In this document: in pieces, positions 61,253-64,000 of the stretch
Position numbering within the stretch: the stretch's first letter is position 1
Layout of the letters: each line of letters opens with the position of its first letter
DNA from: Candidatus Borrarchaeum weybense
GTDB lineage: Archaea; Asgardarchaeota; Sifarchaeia; Borrarchaeales; Borrarchaeaceae
Length of the DNA stretch: 64,000 nt
Assembly: GCA_019057385.1 (NCBI GenBank)
Contig: JAHQJS010000007.1
Coordinates: forward strand, 683,685-747,684
Direction of reading: 5' to 3'
Made by a program: the position numbers and the translations under genes
Notes under the pieces: model-generated
What the model was told of the DNA's origin: nothing
The model's database searches: none
The model's input: the letters and a program-made list of their open reading frames with translations, nothing else

Positions 61253-61593
61253 TCAGATAAAACTAACCAATTTCTGTTCTACCATATTTAAATCTCTTTT
61301 TCTCCTATAGACAGGTACATCATTTTCACGGTAAGCTGCTAGGTTTTCCTCAAAAGTTTTTTTCGGATTGATATAGAAAATACCTAAAGGATACTTTCCT
61401 TTTTCTGTTGCTCTTCTAAAAGCCTCTACTCTATCATAAGGGTCATGTGAACCGTTAAGATAATAGGTGTTCTCTTGAAACCATTTATACGCGTTAAGAG
61501 TTGTTCAATAGTAGCAATCCCCTGTCCAGCCGCACCACAGATTACAATTGAAATATCATCCTTTTTATTAACGGAAAAAGAAGAGGTTTTCAT
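61253..61593 (-). pseudogene. Deletion scar fusing the 2-oxoacid:ferredoxin oxidoreductase alpha 5' end to the beta 3' end
   Basis: [35 protein letters not shown], then in another frame [32 protein letters not shown]. Confidence 0.8.
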
Positions 61594-61763
61594 AGAAAAA
61601 TATAACCCATACCTGTGTTTAAAAAAAACTTGTGTTTAAAGAATATTCCTTTTGAATGCTACAGATTTCTAAGAACATACAATTAAATATAAAAACTTTA
61701 TAGAGATGATAATTAATCCTAATGTTCTTTTCACGATTCGTATAAGAAAGAGGAGGTAATTTA

Positions 61764-62909
61764 ATGTTAGATTTATCGGAGTTCCCAGTAATTGACGACC
61801 ATGCTCATATGTTTGGCCCAGATGCTAAAGATGCCAACCCATTAAGAAGTTTTACGATGCTAGAACATCCGAAAGACATAGAACATCAGCTTCTTTATCA
61901 TTGTGCAGCTCGTGCACTCGCGAAATTATATGGATGCACACCTGACGAAGAAGAGATTTTCAAACTTAGGAAAGCGAAAGCTCAAAATAACTTCGAGGAA
62001 TTTGTCGCTGATATTTTCCAGAAAGCAAATATTGAGGCACTTATCGTTGATCCAGGTTATCCACCCACGATTACTGTAGAAGAATTCCAAGAAATCGTTC
62101 CTGTTAAGGTATATTCAGTTCAGCGAATTGATGAACATCTATTTGATGAGGTTATGGAAGAATCCAACACTTTTGATGAGTTATTGGACACCTTCTATGA
62201 ACAATTAGATCAATGGTTTAAGAAAAAAGACGTTGTAGGCTTGAAAACGATCACAGCCTACATAACAGGTCTCAATATCCCAAGAATCGATCGTGATCGT
62301 GCAGAAGAGATTTTCAAAGAGTTCCAGAAAGACAAAAAACGTTGGATTGTCGAATTTGGTTTCGGGCAAAAGCATTATATTGGACCTTTTAAAATGCGGA
62401 TGTTTCTGTTCTGGGAAGCCTTAGCCAAGTGTGCAGAGAAAAATGTACCGTTCCAAATCCATACTGGTGATGGCGATATGGATATGAAGGACATGAAAGA
62501 AGCAAGCGCTCTCCTTCTCCAAAAGAGTGTTTTAAACGACGAAATAGCAAAACAGGTGGAACTTGTCCTAGTCCATAGTAGCTATCCAGAAGTGGAGTTT
62601 GCTAGTTATCTTAGTTATGTATATACGAACGTCCATATCGACCTCTCGCATCTAAACCCTTTTCTGAATGTACTCGTTGGTCGAAAAATTGAGGAAGCAT
62701 TTATGTGGACTCCTTTTAGCCGTATTTTGTTCGGAACGGATGCATATGGTATTCCTGAGTTCTATTGGTTTGGAGTGATGAACTTCAAGAAAGAATTAGA
62801 AAGAGTTCTTGGTTATTTAGTAGCTAGAGATGCACTTGATGAGGACTATGCGTATAAGGCTGCCGGAATGATCCTATCGGAAAACGCGAAAAAACTTTAC
62901 AGTCTATGA
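61764..62909 (+). CDS. Amidohydrolase (FluG/NodGS N-terminal-like)
   Basis: IDDHAH, GLKTI.AY.TGL, QIHTG.GD, LVH..YP and FGTDA..PE. Confidence 0.9.
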   Translation: MLDLSEFPVIDDHAHMFGPDAKDANPLRSFTMLEHPKDIEHQLLYHCAARALAKLYGCTPDEEEIFKLRKAKAQNNFEEFVADIFQKANIEALIVDPGYPPTITVEEFQEIVPVKVYSVQRIDEHLFDEVMEESNTFDELLDTFYEQLDQWFKKKDVVGLKTITAYITGLNIPRIDRDRAEEIFKEFQKDKKRWIVEFGFGQKHYIGPFKMRMFLFWEALAKCAEKNVPFQIHTGDGDMDMKDMKEASALLLQKSVLNDEIAKQVELVLVHSSYPEVEFASYLSYVYTNVHIDLSHLNPFLNVLVGRKIEEAFMWTPFSRILFGTDAYGIPEFYWFGVMNFKKELERVLGYLVARDALDEDYAYKAAGMILSENAKKLYSL

Positions 62910-63161
62910 ATTTTGCATAGGAACTTTGTCAATCAATTTATTTTTTTTCATCTCCTTTGCACTCCTGGAAAAACGCTGGTTTTTGATTAATTGGACCTCA
63001 CTTTGAGCCAGATACAAGTATGACTCTATTTGGAAAGCCTATATCAATGCCAATCTTAGGCTGAAACGGCTAATAAAATCGAAAATGCAATTTCTGCTAC
63101 AATTGCTGAAGGAAAATATGTCACATACGATTAAAAGCCTCCAGAAAAAAAAAGATGAAGC

Positions 63162-63298
63162 AGTGGGCACAAAAGAATACAGTGAGCTACCTCGTGCTAA
63201 AGCCTCGAGGCTTCCTGCTTCAACGACGGACTCGATCCCCTTGTGGGTTACGGAGGTCTTATCTCCACAGGCTTAACATCCCTACGCCCCGTAGGTAC
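63162..63298 (-). ncRNA. Putative omegaRNA plus flank-derived guide
   Basis: TTTATATA begins 30 nt before GTACCTACG-GGG-CGTAGG; GCCTG..GCAGGAAG; right-end hairpin. Confidence 0.62.
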
Positions 63299-63383
63299 TA
63301 TAATTGGTTTCATAAAAAACTATATAAACATCACGCAATTCATCACCACGCTAAAGCAGTGGTGCTTTCTTGCTTGGTTATCA
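63182..63383 (-). mobile_element. ORF-less IS200/IS605-derived element (TTAC family) with promoter and omegaRNA-like scaffold
   Basis: TTAC|tgataaccaagcaagAAAG + hairpin left end; right end GAAGcctcg..cgagg TAGCTCAC. The empty site restores the reading frame, with no target duplication. Confidence 0.88.
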
Positions 63384-63524
63384 GTAATGCAGTGATTTCA
63401 CATATTGATGAACAATAGCAATATGAACAATTCGGAAATAATTGAGTTTACTTCTTCCTTCAAAATGAAAAAAGATAGGTATAAGAAGGATAGTGCGTCA
63501 GATATCAGTGATATATGGAGTTCG

Positions 63525-64000
63525 ATGTCTTTGACGAGCGAGCATGTTATTCATCAGTTATTTAAAACTGCTGCTGATTATGCCAAAAAAGCTGTGGAGC
63601 TTGATCGCGCAAATCAGTTTGAGCAGGCCAAAACGCTGTATATAGCTGCAGCGGAGCATTTACAGCGAATCCTCGACCTAGAACAAAATGAAAAAATGAG
63701 AAACATGTATTTTCGCAAAGCTAAGCTATATCTAATACGAGCAAAAGAAATACGAGAACTATTAAGAGGTCCAATAGAAGAGGAAGAAGAAGCAAAGATA
63801 GATGAAGCAGAAGAGATTTTGCCAAGTGTTACTAAAACGGGCGAAGTCTCGGATGAAATTTTACCAAGTATGAGTGACATAACTGAAGAGAAACCAGCTG
63901 CACCAATCTCTGGTGATGTTCACGTTGACTCTCAAGCTCAGGAAATTAGCGATTTAATCTACGAAGCGTTTGAGATTAAAAAGCAGTTAAAAGAAAAAAT
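63525..64000 (+). CDS. MIT-domain protein (partial; runs off the window, so absent from the ORF track)
   Basis: AADYAKKAVELDRANQFEQAKTLYIAAAEHL..KAKLYLIRAKEIRELL is an MIT three-helix pattern, followed by an acidic linker. Confidence 0.85.
   Translation, partial: MSLTSEHVIHQLFKTAADYAKKAVELDRANQFEQAKTLYIAAAEHLQRILDLEQNEKMRNMYFRKAKLYLIRAKEIRELLRGPIEEEEEAKIDEAEEILPSVTKTGEVSDEILPSMSDITEEKPAAPISGDVHVDSQAQEISDLIYEAFEIKKQLKEK

Larger units (their letters stand above)
63063..63418 (+). pseudogene. C-terminal fragment of isocitrate/isopropylmalate dehydrogenase, split by an IS-derived element
   Basis: ETANKIENAISATIAEGKYVTYD*KP, frameshift, AVGTKEY|element|SNAVISHIDEQ*. Confidence 0.75.

Noticed and set aside
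63085-63880. Track ORFs 63085-63276, 63155-63418 and 63614-63880
   Set aside because: Explained by the dehydrogenase remnant, the inserted element and the antisense of the MIT gene.
1-64000. Genome-wide TAG recoding or selenocysteine use
   Set aside because: TAG terminates many complete genes at their expected ends. I found no in-frame TGA at a catalytic Cys position.

Overview
AT-rich archaeal chromosomal window, most likely from an Asgard archaeon. Evidence: TFB, archaeal GGTGA/GGAGG ribosome-binding sites and TATA boxes, and several eukaryotic-signature proteins (a roadblock protein, three tandem Rab-like GTPases facing a longin-domain gene, and an MIT-domain protein). It is a mosaic of mostly unlinked metabolic, redox, repair, TPR and signalling genes (guaA, acs, mgsA, tag, NAD kinase, P-type ATPase, PAS histidine kinase, orphan DNA methyltransferase). 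I saw no rRNA, tRNA or CRISPR array. Main non-obvious signals: (1) About ten ORF-less IS200/IS605-derived elements of three end families. Three of them are complete left end + TATA box + omegaRNA-like scaffold + right end cassettes, and two have empty sites that rebuild the interrupted gene exactly. (2) At least three genes that appear to start at ATT/ATC codons. (3) A Rab-like triplet with a shared promoter motif and unusual switch residues, next to a longin protein. (4) Two stand-alone proteins resembling the Zn-finger/OB part of the MCM N-terminal domain. (5) Several pseudogene scars (korA-korB deletion fusion, IDH/IPMDH tail, SnoaL-like fragment, amber-interrupted LLM oxidoreductase). All family assignments come from motif recognition by eye, not from database searches.
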